The notes: a model not told the origin generated them from the sequence alone. 64,000 bases of DNA from a virus (IMGVR_UViG_3300005856_000023:32001-96000); one strand, 5' to 3'; positions 1-10,947 are shown, counted from the first letter of the stretch. Numbers and translations are program-made.

Positions 1-2
1 CA

Positions 3-272
3 AATACCTATATATGCTCTACATCAGATACCAGTTTAGCTTTTGCTCATCTACCATACATTCTATGTTCAAGAGGTGAAACCATATGTTATTATATTTG
101 TACAGGTGCATTTGACATACAACAGTTAGAAAACATGTTAAAAGATAATCTGTTAGTTTACATACATGAATTGTATAGACTTGTATCATCTGCTATGCTA
201 TTACCATACACAGATACAGAGATAAGAGACTTACAAATAAACCACAATACCTATTATGCAGTTAGAATGTAA
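3..272 (+). CDS. 3' end of hypothetical protein (partial, runs off window start)
   Basis: Frame 3 is open from base 3 to TAA at 270-272, followed by a T-run. Confidence 0.7.
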   Translation, partial: NTYICSTSDTSLAFAHLPYILCSRGETICYYICTGAFDIQQLENMLKDNLLVYIHELYRLVSSAMLLPYTDTEIRDLQINHNTYYAVRM

Positions 273-306
273 AATTTTTTTTATTTGAAAAGCGATTTCA
301 AATCTA

Positions 307-858
307 ATGAAAATTTTCTGCCCAGAGAATTTCATTAAGATAGGAACAAACTTTTACTTGGATAATAACTCTAACCTATTGCATATAGCAAATGCAGAGA
401 TCATACAGCTAGGTAATTTACTTTATCTCTCAGGTAGTATTCCTGTTGAAGTTAGGTATAATGTTTTTGAGATAGTAGATTATGAGGTAAAGTTTATCAA
501 AACTAAGTTCTATAAACTTAAGTTGTCAAACAATTTGGAAACATATATCAACTATATGAACAAAGATATTGATAAACTAAAACTAATACCTGTTGTTAAT
601 ATAGATAGAAATCAAAAAATTAGAACAAATACAATGCGTACAAAGATAGATAATATAGCAAAGTATAGAAGTTTGTTAAATCAGGGTTTACTGACTTATG
701 TGGGACAAAGCTATATAAGTACTAAACCAGATAACTACTTGATTGAGGATGATGGTGTTTATGTAAAAGTAGTTAGTAAGGAAGTAGTTGAATTTCCGTT
801 TATTATTGAATTCAGTAAAGATATAAGTTTGATTGATTGTCTCTACTATTTACAGTAA
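307..858 (+). CDS. hypothetical protein
   Basis: 183-aa ORF; AGC-N13-ATG upstream. Confidence 0.7.
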   Translation: MKIFCPENFIKIGTNFYLDNNSNLLHIANAEIIQLGNLLYLSGSIPVEVRYNVFEIVDYEVKFIKTKFYKLKLSNNLETYINYMNKDIDKLKLIPVVNIDRNQKIRTNTMRTKIDNIAKYRSLLNQGLLTYVGQSYISTKPDNYLIEDDGVYVKVVSKEVVEFPFIIEFSKDISLIDCLYYLQ

Positions 859-866
859 ACAAAAAA

Positions 867-2201
867 TCAGAATAGTTTGTATGGATCTCTATCAGCTTTA
901 ATGTTTATTATACTTTCGTATTTAATCCAAAGTGAATTCTTGGGAATAAAGACTATATCATTTCTATCAAACACAAAATCAGATATAAATATCATAACAT
1001 CATTATCATTCATTTCATTCTTTAAATGATTTAATACTTTTTTGGGACTTGTTCCGCCTCTTCCACGAACTTCAATATTTTCAAAATCTTTTTTGCTTCT
1101 TAATATCACTGGACCATAAAAGTCTACATCAAAGTAGTATACTTTTATTCTGCTCATCTTGATTAATTTTGAGAATTTACCAAACACATCCTCGAGAAAT
1201 TCTGTTGGAATTGACCCAGATGTATCTATTACTGCATAAAGGTATCTGGGATAACCTTTGTACATAAATTTTGTTCCCAATAGATCAGGATTTAGTTTAT
1301 TGATCTTCATAGGGGTTCTTCTCATATCATAAATTTTTTTACCATATAAATCATAATCTGTAGCAAATTTTTCAAGATATTTTTTCCAGTCGAATTGTGA
1401 ATGTTCTTTTGCTTTGACCAATTCTACAAAATTTCCTGGGTTAGTTCCTACATCTTTAATGCTTTCCAATACTCTATTAATCAAAACGAGTCTCATATTA
1501 TCTGTTATATCCGGAGCATCTTGTATCAATTCACCATCTATCATATTGTTAAAATCAAGTGTCATATAATTATAATGTTGTATATTATTTTCTTGTTTAA
1601 CGGAACATGTATTGCAATTACTTTCGCTATTTATAGACGCTCTTTTATCCTCTTTTTGTTGCATTCTTTTGTATATTTCATATGCTAATTGTTCTATTGT
1701 CATTGCTAAAGCATCTTCTATTTTAATATCAAATAGTTCTTCAATGTCATTTAGGAATATATCTTTCTTCAGAAAATCTCCCAAATCTGAAGATTTGCCT
1801 AGTTTAAACATTTTTTTGATATCTTCAATTTTTTCACTTTTGGTAGCATGAATTTTTGTAGTGTTAAATTTATCAATCTTATATGCTAACTGATATATGA
1901 TCTCATTAATAAATGCATTAGCGGCCATGTTGTAAATATCAGGTGGAATAATTTCTTTAACATTGTTATATCTCTTTATATGGTTGAAGATTATATGCAT
2001 TGCTCCATGAACTAGATATTTCAATAGTGTAGATTCATCCTTTATTGCATTTCTATTTACAATAATACAATCATCTTTTACTTTTATGGGAACACCAGAT
2101 AATGATGCTTCTGCAATCTTCATGAATTGTAGCATATGTCTGAGTTCAATCGGAATCTGATTCATTAAATAAATCTTTCTTACTGCGTTTCTGATATCCA
2201 T
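867..2201 (-). CDS. DUF2201-type metallopeptidase-like + vWA domain protein (MoxR partner)
   Basis: N-terminal HGAMHIIFNH and N-x-A-x-N-x-x-IN segment; C-terminal MIDAS IDTSGS, GRGGT, ISD. Confidence 0.85.
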   Translation of the reverse strand: MDIRNAVRKIYLMNQIPIELRHMLQFMKIAEASLSGVPIKVKDDCIIVNRNAIKDESTLLKYLVHGAMHIIFNHIKRYNNVKEIIPPDIYNMAANAFINEIIYQLAYKIDKFNTTKIHATKSEKIEDIKKMFKLGKSSDLGDFLKKDIFLNDIEELFDIKIEDALAMTIEQLAYEIYKRMQQKEDKRASINSESNCNTCSVKQENNIQHYNYMTLDFNNMIDGELIQDAPDITDNMRLVLINRVLESIKDVGTNPGNFVELVKAKEHSQFDWKKYLEKFATDYDLYGKKIYDMRRTPMKINKLNPDLLGTKFMYKGYPRYLYAVIDTSGSIPTEFLEDVFGKFSKLIKMSRIKVYYFDVDFYGPVILRSKKDFENIEVRGRGGTSPKKVLNHLKNEMNDNDVMIFISDFVFDRNDIVFIPKNSLWIKYESIINIKADRDPYKLF

Positions 2202-2207
2202 GACATT

Positions 2208-2246
2208 AAATTTAGATTAGTTGTTTCTAGCATCCACTCTAAATTT
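2208..2246. promoter_or_regulatory. back-to-back class-1 phage promoters (CTAAATTT-N6-ATG on each strand); representative of about 31 sites
   Basis: AAATTTAG at 2208-2215 is 6 nt from CAT 2199-2201; CTAAATTT at 2239-2246 is 6 nt from ATG 2253. Confidence 0.8.
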
Positions 2247-2252
2247 ATAATC

Positions 2253-3932
2253 ATGCTTGGTTTGCTAGAGTTATTGAAACCATCAACATATGTGATTGAA
2301 GTAACATTCTTCTGTGCATTACAAAATAAAAGGATGTTAGATTTAATCAAAAACATTTTACCCTATTGGAGTATGCTTGCAACTGAGGAGCAAAAACCTC
2401 TATTATCAATGTTAACTACATTTGTGAATAAGGGTATACCAGAACATGATTTCAAACTATCACAGCCATTGGAGTTTTATTACAAACTATTTGACGTAGC
2501 AAATCTCGATGAATTGCAATCAACAATACTGGATAGGTTATACAAAATACAATTTGTTGCTAAGGTATATGAGAAGATTCAACTATTCCAACATCCAATA
2601 CATGACTATGATAAAGTTGAAATGATTGTTAGTGAATTGTTATCTGATCTTAATGAAGTTAGAGACAAAGAACTAACAGAGAAAATCTTCAATGCAAAAG
2701 ATTTATTAAATGTAACAGAAATATCTGATTTGAAATTGGTTAGTTTGATACCAGAGTTAGATTTAGTATTGGGAGGATTTTATGTTAATAATCTTTATCT
2801 GTTTGCTGCAGGATTGGGACAGGGTAAATCATTTACATTACTTAACATGGCAGTAGGATTTTCAGTTTTCCTAAAAGCATTTGAAAACTACTATAAAGAT
2901 TGGTATGGTAAAAAACCAGTTGTTTTATACATATCACTGGAAAATACTAGCGTTCAGATCAGGAACAGATTATACACATTACTAAATGATTGTACATTAA
3001 CAATACCAAAAGAAAAAAATACTCCTTTGAAACAATTATTCCAAGCTGTGGATAACTTCTATATCATATCTTTATCAGATGAGATAGTGGATTATGTTTA
3101 CATAGAGAATATTGTGTTGTCGATGCAATCAAAAAATATGCATCCAGTTGTCATTGTGTTAGATTATATGGATGAGTTATATGCTCCTGCTAACATAAGT
3201 GAACATAGACATAAGTTAGGTTATAATGCTAGAATGTTAAGGAAGATAGCTATGAATCACAATCTACTAATTGTATCTGCTACACAGATAAACAGAAAAG
3301 GTATTGAAGAAGGTAATATATCCATTACACATTTATCAGAATCAATAGAACATGGTAAAGTAACAGATGTATTAGTCGGTTTAGTTCCAATAACAATAAA
3401 CAAAGGTTATATTATTACAAATCAACCTTTAACCAAAGATATTATTAAAAGCAATCTAGACAACAAAGCAGAAGCAATTGGAATGATAAATAGCATGTAT
3501 CTCAAAGTATTAAAGAATAGACCAAATCTATTAACAGGCTTTGGATATGCAATTAGTAATCAAAGTTTAACAGGATTTAGATCTCTCATATATGGATTGA
3601 ATTATGAAATCTCAATCTATCTTGTTCCGAGTTTACATTCATATTTAGGAGATGATTATATAACTACAAACTATGATGTATTGCATAGCAGCGTTACAAA
3701 TAGAATAGCACCATTCGTAAAAAATCTTGATGTTAAGGATTACAGTAAATATCAATACGGATTGGAGTTAATATCAAATCTACTTGGTATTGATATAAAA
3801 CAAATAAATGTAAACAATGAAAACATAGAAAATGACTTTGTAGTAAGTAATATCAATCAAAACATAGATGCACTTGATGTCATAGATGATTTTGAAACAT
3901 TCGAACAAAAAAGTTTAGATTTAGATATATAG
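2253..3932 (+). CDS. dnaB: DnaB-family (SF4) replicative helicase
   Basis: Walker A AAGLGQGKS, YISLEN, Walker B VLDYMD, SATQINR, VLKNR. Confidence 0.9.
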   Translation: MLGLLELLKPSTYVIEVTFFCALQNKRMLDLIKNILPYWSMLATEEQKPLLSMLTTFVNKGIPEHDFKLSQPLEFYYKLFDVANLDELQSTILDRLYKIQFVAKVYEKIQLFQHPIHDYDKVEMIVSELLSDLNEVRDKELTEKIFNAKDLLNVTEISDLKLVSLIPELDLVLGGFYVNNLYLFAAGLGQGKSFTLLNMAVGFSVFLKAFENYYKDWYGKKPVVLYISLENTSVQIRNRLYTLLNDCTLTIPKEKNTPLKQLFQAVDNFYIISLSDEIVDYVYIENIVLSMQSKNMHPVVIVLDYMDELYAPANISEHRHKLGYNARMLRKIAMNHNLLIVSATQINRKGIEEGNISITHLSESIEHGKVTDVLVGLVPITINKGYIITNQPLTKDIIKSNLDNKAEAIGMINSMYLKVLKNRPNLLTGFGYAISNQSLTGFRSLIYGLNYEISIYLVPSLHSYLGDDYITTNYDVLHSSVTNRIAPFVKNLDVKDYSKYQYGLELISNLLGIDIKQINVNNENIENDFVVSNINQNIDALDVIDDFETFEQKSLDLDI

Positions 3933-4008
3933 TTTTTTTGCTATGGAATACAATAAGTTTAATAACAAAAAAAGAGGGAGGAGGAGAGTAGCCATGAAGA
4001 GCTTCTAA

Positions 4009-5745
4009 TTACCTTTGAACGATAAGTCTACCTACTACATTAGGATAGATTACAGATGCTCCGAATCTATGAACAGCAGTCATTGCTTGACCAAGAGTAT
4101 TTGCAGGATAAGGTATCATATGGGTTGCATAAGGTGCATATATTGCAGTGGAGAAGAATTCTTGTTTGGATTTGAGTACAAGCAAGTTCCTACCAACAGG
4201 AAGTATAGGTGTAGGTAATACCTTTATCCACTCTTCAGATCCATCTTTGCTTCTGGTGTATATCTTGAATGGGTCTGCTTTCGTTACAGGATCGGATACC
4301 CACTTACCTATGTTAACAAGTAGTGAAGCATCTTCAACATTCATCACAAGTATGGGTTCTACTTCGGGAACAGGTGTATTCCTGAGTATCTTACCAAGCA
4401 GGTTAGATATTGCATAAGGGAAATGAGTCATAACGTACATGCCTGGTCCCCAACTGTAATCAGCAAGAGCATCAGCGGTCATATCTACAGATTCTTCTAT
4501 GTTATGAACAAGTGATGCATTATACAAGTTCATTAGAAGGAATGCATCAGTGTTAAGTGCAATTATAGAAGATAGTATGCTGCTTACTTCGCCGAGTATA
4601 TCGAGATTGAAGAGAACTTGAGCATCAAAAGCCATTTCAGGAGATACAAGTATTGTGCTTTCAAGTCTATTCTCCGCAAGAGTTTGTCTTGCAAGTTCAA
4701 GTCTGAGCTTCCTAGCAGGATCTCTCGATTCATAGGCTACTCTTGCATATACCTCTATACCTTGAATTGCAGGAGCAGTTCCACCAGTTGCTATAACAGT
4801 TATAGTGAAATCACCAGATTTGAAGTCTACTCTACCAGTTACATTAACAGTGTAGGTATTGGCACCAATGGTTGCAGTTCCAGCTCCGGTTATAGCACCA
4901 GACGATTCAATATTGGAAGATACATTTATTGTTCCAGATGTCGTATCATCAGTTATACGAACAGCTATTACTCTAAAATCAGGTGTTACCCTAAGCTTAT
5001 TGTCAGGAGCAACAGTCGCAGGAGGCAACAAGTTAGCCTCACGTAGAATGTTATACACATTACCTCTTATTATCTCTTCTGCAGCAGGAGTTGTAGCGGG
5101 AACAAATACACCCTGCCCAGGAGCTGTTCCGTAATAGCCGAGAGAATCTCCACTGAGAAGTCTACCAGTTGTCATGTCTACTGATAGATAGGATGAGAAT
5201 GGATAAGGATTTGTAGAGTTAGTTAATTCCTCATAAAACCTGAAGAAGTAAACATACGAACCTGGAGCAGACATATTCCTGACATCATATACTTGCGTTG
5301 CAACAAGTCTTGGATACATAAACCTTATCAGAGGAGCCAAATACATAAAGTATGGTATCACATTAGCAGATGTATTTTCTGTAGCTATAGCCCTAAGACT
5401 ATTTTCATACAAAGTTTTAATGGCTTTGGATAGTGAATATACTTCTGCCTCTGATAGATTACCTTGTTCTGCAACTATATCGGTTACTATTGCATTGGAT
5501 ATTAAATCAATTACAGTCCTATCACCTTGTAAAGCTCTTTTTGCTAGTTCTGATATTTTATCTACAAATTCTGATGGATTTTTAGATGCATTAACCTTAG
5601 TTATATCCGAATAAAATTCTTTCACTATTTTCTTGGCATCTTCAGCATTCTTATTTGCCATTTCCATTGCTAGACTGTAAATTCTTTTTGTAGATATAAT
5701 TGAGTCAGATGGGTAAAATCTTGATAGTCTTACGTCTTTATCCAT
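4009..5745 (-). CDS. major capsid protein, T4 gp23-like, with probable N-terminal propeptide
   Basis: LIRFMYPRLVATQVYDVRNMSAPGSYVYFFRF and SPEMAFDAQVLFNLDILGEVSSILSSIIALNTD parallel conserved gp23 blocks; possible protease site AIATE|N; AGC-N11-ATG. Confidence 0.85.
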   Translation of the reverse strand: MDKDVRLSRFYPSDSIISTKRIYSLAMEMANKNAEDAKKIVKEFYSDITKVNASKNPSEFVDKISELAKRALQGDRTVIDLISNAIVTDIVAEQGNLSEAEVYSLSKAIKTLYENSLRAIATENTSANVIPYFMYLAPLIRFMYPRLVATQVYDVRNMSAPGSYVYFFRFYEELTNSTNPYPFSSYLSVDMTTGRLLSGDSLGYYGTAPGQGVFVPATTPAAEEIIRGNVYNILREANLLPPATVAPDNKLRVTPDFRVIAVRITDDTTSGTINVSSNIESSGAITGAGTATIGANTYTVNVTGRVDFKSGDFTITVIATGGTAPAIQGIEVYARVAYESRDPARKLRLELARQTLAENRLESTILVSPEMAFDAQVLFNLDILGEVSSILSSIIALNTDAFLLMNLYNASLVHNIEESVDMTADALADYSWGPGMYVMTHFPYAISNLLGKILRNTPVPEVEPILVMNVEDASLLVNIGKWVSDPVTKADPFKIYTRSKDGSEEWIKVLPTPILPVGRNLLVLKSKQEFFSTAIYAPYATHMIPYPANTLGQAMTAVHRFGASVIYPNVVGRLIVQR

Positions 5746-5867
5746 AACGTTCTTCTGCTAAAAAGTTGTGAGTAAACAACTTTAAATATTAATGCAAAAA
5801 ATTTTTTACAAGTATGCTAAAGATAATACTATAAGAAAACAAACATTTTATTATTGAATGCTATCAT

Positions 5868-7190
5868 TTAGTCGATATTATTCTCAAATTGCCAAACAAG
5901 ATAGTTAACCGATCCAACCTTCTTTGATTCTGGTGTTACAATAGGGTCCAAGTATCCCAACATATCTGTTACAAGTCTTATTTTGTGACTTAATCTCTTC
6001 ATTGCAAATTTATGAGCATATGTAGCCTTTAACTGTAACATAACTTCTGATATAGGATTATGTATTTTATCCTCTACATATTCAACTTGCATTATCTTAT
6101 ACAAAATGGATAGAGATGTTGAATGCTTTCTGGGCAATTTTCGTGTTCTAATTCTCTCATACAACAAATGCATTAGTTGTCTAACCAATGGATGCAATAA
6201 GAATGTTTTGAATCTTACTGTTTTGCTTTTTAGTGAGCTATACAAACCACAATTCTTTATATAATTGTAGAAGTCATTGCTTGGAACAAATGTAAATAGA
6301 AAGTAATAGGGATCTTTAAACTCCTGTCTAACCAATGGATCAAATATAGCACTTATCTCTCCATATAATAATGTCATTATCTCAAAAGAATGTTTGCCCA
6401 TAAGTCTTTCTAATAACCTACTCCCACCATAGTCCTTGAATGATTTTGCAAATCTTCTCCTATAATTGCTTTCATATGTTACATCTACAATTAATTGTTT
6501 ATTGACTGATGTATCTGTATACACAATAGATGTTTCCGTTTCTTGTATTGTTATGTATTTAACTTTCTTTCCTTTTGTTACAGTAGTTACTTTGTTTGAT
6601 TGATTATTACCTAACTCTTGCATATCAACTTGAAAGCCAGTTTGTTGTAAAACCATATACAACAAATCTAACAAGGATAAATTACTTTCCAATAAACTTT
6701 CATCATTCTTGAGCAAATACAATATCAAAAAGTTCAATACAGGTAATGTTTTATGTTTTGATTCATATAAGATTGGTTTTGTTTCATCTAAAATATTTTT
6801 AAACACTACTTTCCTATACAGATTAGATAATTTTGCATCCATACTCTCTGTTCCAAATCTATCCAAGAACTTATCTGCGATTGAGTAAATAAATACATAT
6901 CGTTGTCCATTAACTATTATGTAGTTTCCAATAAACCTAGGAATGAATGTTTTGTAATTACAAATTGCTCCATCCTTTTTATCCTTCAAACTATATTTGA
7001 TAGTGTAAACAGATATTAATCCGTCTGTTGACATGAGATCTTCTTCCTCAATTTGTAAATCAATTAATTCAGCATCAATCAGATCACAAAACCAAATTAT
7101 GGTATTTTTAACATCTTCTGTAATATTGTTTAATACTTGTTTGCGATATGAAATGGGTTTGCTGTCTATGTTTAGGTTTATGAAATACAT
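5868..7190 (-). CDS. multisubunit RNA polymerase beta subunit, N-terminal fragment
   Basis: FIPRFIGNYIIVNGQRYV (beta IP..G.FIING.ER block); C-terminal GYLDPIVTPESKKVGSVNYL (beta CPxETPEG.N.GL block); start moved to fit CTAAATTT-N6-ATG. Confidence 0.85.
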   Translation of the reverse strand: MYFINLNIDSKPISYRKQVLNNITEDVKNTIIWFCDLIDAELIDLQIEEEDLMSTDGLISVYTIKYSLKDKKDGAICNYKTFIPRFIGNYIIVNGQRYVFIYSIADKFLDRFGTESMDAKLSNLYRKVVFKNILDETKPILYESKHKTLPVLNFLILYLLKNDESLLESNLSLLDLLYMVLQQTGFQVDMQELGNNQSNKVTTVTKGKKVKYITIQETETSIVYTDTSVNKQLIVDVTYESNYRRRFAKSFKDYGGSRLLERLMGKHSFEIMTLLYGEISAIFDPLVRQEFKDPYYFLFTFVPSNDFYNYIKNCGLYSSLKSKTVRFKTFLLHPLVRQLMHLLYERIRTRKLPRKHSTSLSILYKIMQVEYVEDKIHNPISEVMLQLKATYAHKFAMKRLSHKIRLVTDMLGYLDPIVTPESKKVGSVNYLVWQFENNID

Positions 7191-7238
7191 GATAGTAAAT
7201 TTAGTATGTGTGCTCAAAAAAAATGTTTTATTTTTTTG

Positions 7239-7862
7239 TTATAGTAATATATCATCTGAATCTGATGATACATTAACAGTCACATCGGATAGATCCAAAT
7301 CCAATTCATCTTCTATGGTTGTTTTAGCAGTTTCGGATACTTTCTTTTTAGATGGCACTTCTGTTGTATATTTATTGTATAGTTCCCAGAATCTTGTGGC
7401 ATCTCTTTCAATTCTTTTTAATGTGGCACCTTTTCTCATTAGTTCTTCAATTGCATTAATAACCCTATCAATCTCCTCTTTGACATTTTCCAATACTTCA
7501 TCATTTATCTCATTATCCATTTTTGTTCCAATTTCTCTTAGATATAATGTATGATTATCTTTTATCACTGCTATGTATGGAGATGTTTTTAATCCTGTAG
7601 CTGATGTCAATCTGTTTGAATAAATCAATGCTACTGTATATCCATTCATATCATACAATTTGGTTCCTAACAGCAAATTCTCTCTTTTCTTAATCACAAT
7701 TACATGATCTTTGGATATTGGCTCAACTATTTTGAATTTTTTATCCACTGGAAATCCGACTAAATTGCTACCTACTGTTGTACAATAATATGTTTGTTCA
7801 TCATACTTAATAGGTTTGAATATGCTTGATAATTTTTCTACAGAGATAACTCTGATCTTCAT
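7239..7862 (-). CDS. hypothetical protein with acidic C-terminal tail
   Basis: ORF; class-1 promoter at ATG 7862; ends EDELDLDLSD...SDDILL. Confidence 0.75.
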   Translation of the reverse strand: MKIRVISVEKLSSIFKPIKYDEQTYYCTTVGSNLVGFPVDKKFKIVEPISKDHVIVIKKRENLLLGTKLYDMNGYTVALIYSNRLTSATGLKTSPYIAVIKDNHTLYLREIGTKMDNEINDEVLENVKEEIDRVINAIEELMRKGATLKRIERDATRFWELYNKYTTEVPSKKKVSETAKTTIEDELDLDLSDVTVNVSSDSDDILL

Positions 7863-7892
7863 GTCTATAAATTTAGACAAGTTGTAAAAAAC

Positions 7893-9044
7893 TCAAAACC
7901 AATCGATTTCATTTGAAGTATCTTTAACTGGAGATCTACCCAAATACATAAACAAATACAAAACTAAATGCTTTGCTATGTTTGAATACGTTTGCAATGA
8001 ATACTTACTTAGTATATCCTCTCTAATCTTAGGTATTGATATTGTTACATTATATAGTTTATTTATCTGATTCATATTGGTAGCATCCAATGGAAATCCG
8101 ACTACACTTATGATTTTATTTACAATCAATTTTAATTCATCATAACTCAATTTTTGTAATTGTTGAATGTATTGTTTGAATGTTTGTTTTGATATTTTGT
8201 TTCCGAGCATCTCGATTATAGTATCAACTAAATCATCTATTGGTTCAGGTTCCATTTTGAAGTTAATTATTGCATCATGATAATACCTACTGTAATCCCG
8301 TTCAGCAATCTCATCTTTAGTAATTTTCTTCTCTTTTGCTATATGTATTAGATTGTTTTTCAATCTGTTAGCATAGTTATTAACTCTTGCCCGCAAATAA
8401 CCCGTCCATACATTATGTATTTTTTTGGGTTCTCTATCAACTAATATTAATTGAGCCTTTCTTTCTGCAATTGACTCTAATAATCCTGATATGGATGAGA
8501 AATTGCTTGGATGTAATAAGTTAGATCTGGGTAATAATCTTCTGGCTTGTTCAAGATCATGCTTGTTAACTATTACAACAGACTTAGTTACTTGAACTAT
8601 AAACATGATAGCAGAAAACATAAAATAAAGATTACGAAGTATAGCTAGCTTATCTATAACTGGAATGTTATCACAATCTACTAACGCAACAACATCAGCA
8701 TGTAAGACAATAGCCGCAAGATGCCATCTGTTCATATAGTAAATTGAATTAGATAAATTTGGGTCAAGGGTTTTATGAAGTTTGAATACTAATTCCCTTA
8801 GTTCTTTTTGAACTATGCTAGTATTCGTATGCATCTTATCAAATAGTAGAGGACGAAATTTTTCTACACTGATAACATTTAAGTTGTCAACGTATGGTCT
8901 TATTTGAGTTGTAATTCTATCGGTTGTACGATACAGAGTTAGCATATAATCTTCAAAATTTTGAAAACCAAAATAGCGCACAATATGCCCAATTAGTTCT
9001 TTTTGTTGATTATTTAACCAGTGAACATATTTACAGTTCGCCAT
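7893..9044 (-). CDS. hypothetical helical protein; candidate RNAP promoter-specificity subunit
   Basis: 383-aa ORF with class-1 promoter, two genes from the RNAP beta fragment; function is inferred from context only. Confidence 0.35.
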   Translation of the reverse strand: MANCKYVHWLNNQQKELIGHIVRYFGFQNFEDYMLTLYRTTDRITTQIRPYVDNLNVISVEKFRPLLFDKMHTNTSIVQKELRELVFKLHKTLDPNLSNSIYYMNRWHLAAIVLHADVVALVDCDNIPVIDKLAILRNLYFMFSAIMFIVQVTKSVVIVNKHDLEQARRLLPRSNLLHPSNFSSISGLLESIAERKAQLILVDREPKKIHNVWTGYLRARVNNYANRLKNNLIHIAKEKKITKDEIAERDYSRYYHDAIINFKMEPEPIDDLVDTIIEMLGNKISKQTFKQYIQQLQKLSYDELKLIVNKIISVVGFPLDATNMNQINKLYNVTISIPKIREDILSKYSLQTYSNIAKHLVLYLFMYLGRSPVKDTSNEIDWF

Positions 9045-9063
9045 AATAGCTAAATTTAGCTAC

Positions 9064-9189
9064 GTTGTGCATTACTAATACGTAAACAGTTGTGAACTAC
9101 TCTATCTTGTAGAAGATGGAGCTTCCTACTTCACAGGAGCTATACGCTCCCTCCCTATAGAGAATGGAGACTTCTTACCTGATTTTTTT
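9064..9189 (+). ncRNA. candidate structured small RNA
   Basis: Preceded by the palindromic promoter TAGCTAAATTTAGCTA (9047-9062); GC-richer than background; stems CTCTATCTT-GTAG-AAGATGGAG and AGCTTCCT..AGGAGCT; ends at T7. Confidence 0.4.
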
Positions 9190-9207
9190 AAAAGCACATA
9201 ATGAAAT

Positions 9208-10947
9208 ATGTTTATTCCAAATCAACTTGCACCTGGTGTTTACATCAATGTTGTATTTGCGCCTGAACCATTAATTGGATTACCTGAAAAATACAATGCA
9301 TTATTCTTTATTGTAGCAGAGAAAGGACCTGCAAATAAACCAGTGTACATAACATCAGCTCAAAGATTTCTTGATACTTTTGGTCAGCCAGATCCGAAAT
9401 TCCCATTAACATCACTTTACGCATATGAATATGTTAGGAATGGAGGACCAGCATATGTGGTTAGATTACTTCCGAGAAATGCTACAAAAGCTAATGCTAC
9501 CTTAGCTCTTGTTCCTGACCCAGTTGATGCAAATACCTATGTATGGGCATATGGGTATGTAGATTACTCTACTAATACATTTATTGGTCGCGATGAAATT
9601 AATAATAGAAGTATATCACTACCTGTATCTGCAACTTATGCTCCACCAGAACCTAACAAAGCAGTTATAATTGCACAGTTTGGTGAATACGGTATGTATT
9701 ATAACACCTATAGATTGAGATTTTTATTACCGTTACTTAGAACAAACAAAACATTTAATGTAGTTATAGAAAGAGTTGTAGGAACACAAACTGAAAATGT
9801 TGCGGTATTCAATGGTGTTACTTTTGAACCAAATGTAAATGAATTGGGATACCCAACACAAATTAATCATAGTCTTTACACATTTAACCAACCAGCATTT
9901 GAATACTTAAAGGCTAACTACATAATAAAGTATAAAGATTATGAAACGAATACTGTTACAGATACTAATACAAGACCAATAGATTCTGTTGACATAGTGT
10001 ATTCAACTAATACAATATGGAATTTTGCAGGTGGTTCTGATGGTGGATTAAGAGATCCGCTTACAGGTTCGGTAGATTTCTCATTGTTTGCCGATCTAGT
10101 TGTAGAAGCTGTATATGGTTATACTACATTACTTCCAAACAGAATACAAGGACTTATTGATGATGAAACAATATTCATCAAATACATTGTTGATCCCTGT
10201 GATGAGAGATTTCCCTATGCAAAGAGAAGATTAGTATGGAATGCTTTAGTTGATTTGGCTCAATCCAAGTATATGCTTAATGCTGGTGCTATAGTTCTGA
10301 GTAACATAGCTGATTTGTTTGACTGGTCAGATATAGGACTTTTAGATTCAACCAATCCTCCTATACCTAGACATTATCTACATGCAACTTACTATTCAAA
10401 AATTGAGGATGTTGATGGCAGAATATATCCTCACCTTAGATATGTAGTTCAAAATATTGCTAAATTAAGAGTACAACAACAAAGTATTGAACCACTTGCT
10501 GGTATTATTAATGCTACGATAACAACAGGAGTAGATGTTATACCGAGATTAACAGTTCCTGAGAGATCAAGACTGGTAGAACTTGGAATTAACTTTGCTC
10601 ACAAAGATCCTTTCTATGGTGTATTTACTGATCTTGATAGAACTACATCACTTGCTCTCGGTAAATTTCTGTATGTAATTGAGGACGTTGTTGATATTAA
10701 GAGAGAGCTAGTTAAATTGCTAAGACCGTTTGTACATAAATTAGAAACTTATGATTGGGAGAGCGTCAAAAGTTTAATCATAGACTTCATACTAAAACCA
10801 AGAGTAGCAAGTGGTTTAATAAAGGAATATGAAGTTAACTTGAGATTATCCGAAGAATTAACTAGACAAAATGTACTAGGCATAGATATGAATCTACGAT
10901 ATGCTCGCGAAATAGAACGTATTGCAGTAACAATATATGTGAGATAA
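9208..10947 (+). CDS. contractile tail sheath protein
   Basis: APGVYINV, AEKGPANKPVYITS..F...FG, YVVRL, FAGGSDG, LVELGIN and the typical sheath C-terminal domain. Confidence 0.92.
   Translation: MFIPNQLAPGVYINVVFAPEPLIGLPEKYNALFFIVAEKGPANKPVYITSAQRFLDTFGQPDPKFPLTSLYAYEYVRNGGPAYVVRLLPRNATKANATLALVPDPVDANTYVWAYGYVDYSTNTFIGRDEINNRSISLPVSATYAPPEPNKAVIIAQFGEYGMYYNTYRLRFLLPLLRTNKTFNVVIERVVGTQTENVAVFNGVTFEPNVNELGYPTQINHSLYTFNQPAFEYLKANYIIKYKDYETNTVTDTNTRPIDSVDIVYSTNTIWNFAGGSDGGLRDPLTGSVDFSLFADLVVEAVYGYTTLLPNRIQGLIDDETIFIKYIVDPCDERFPYAKRRLVWNALVDLAQSKYMLNAGAIVLSNIADLFDWSDIGLLDSTNPPIPRHYLHATYYSKIEDVDGRIYPHLRYVVQNIAKLRVQQQSIEPLAGIINATITTGVDVIPRLTVPERSRLVELGINFAHKDPFYGVFTDLDRTTSLALGKFLYVIEDVVDIKRELVKLLRPFVHKLETYDWESVKSLIIDFILKPRVASGLIKEYEVNLRLSEELTRQNVLGIDMNLRYAREIERIAVTIYVR

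Noticed and set aside
3974-4008. SD-led minigene MKSF on the plus strand
   Set aside because: The other three copies of the same element have no ATG at that spacing, so the reading frame is probably incidental
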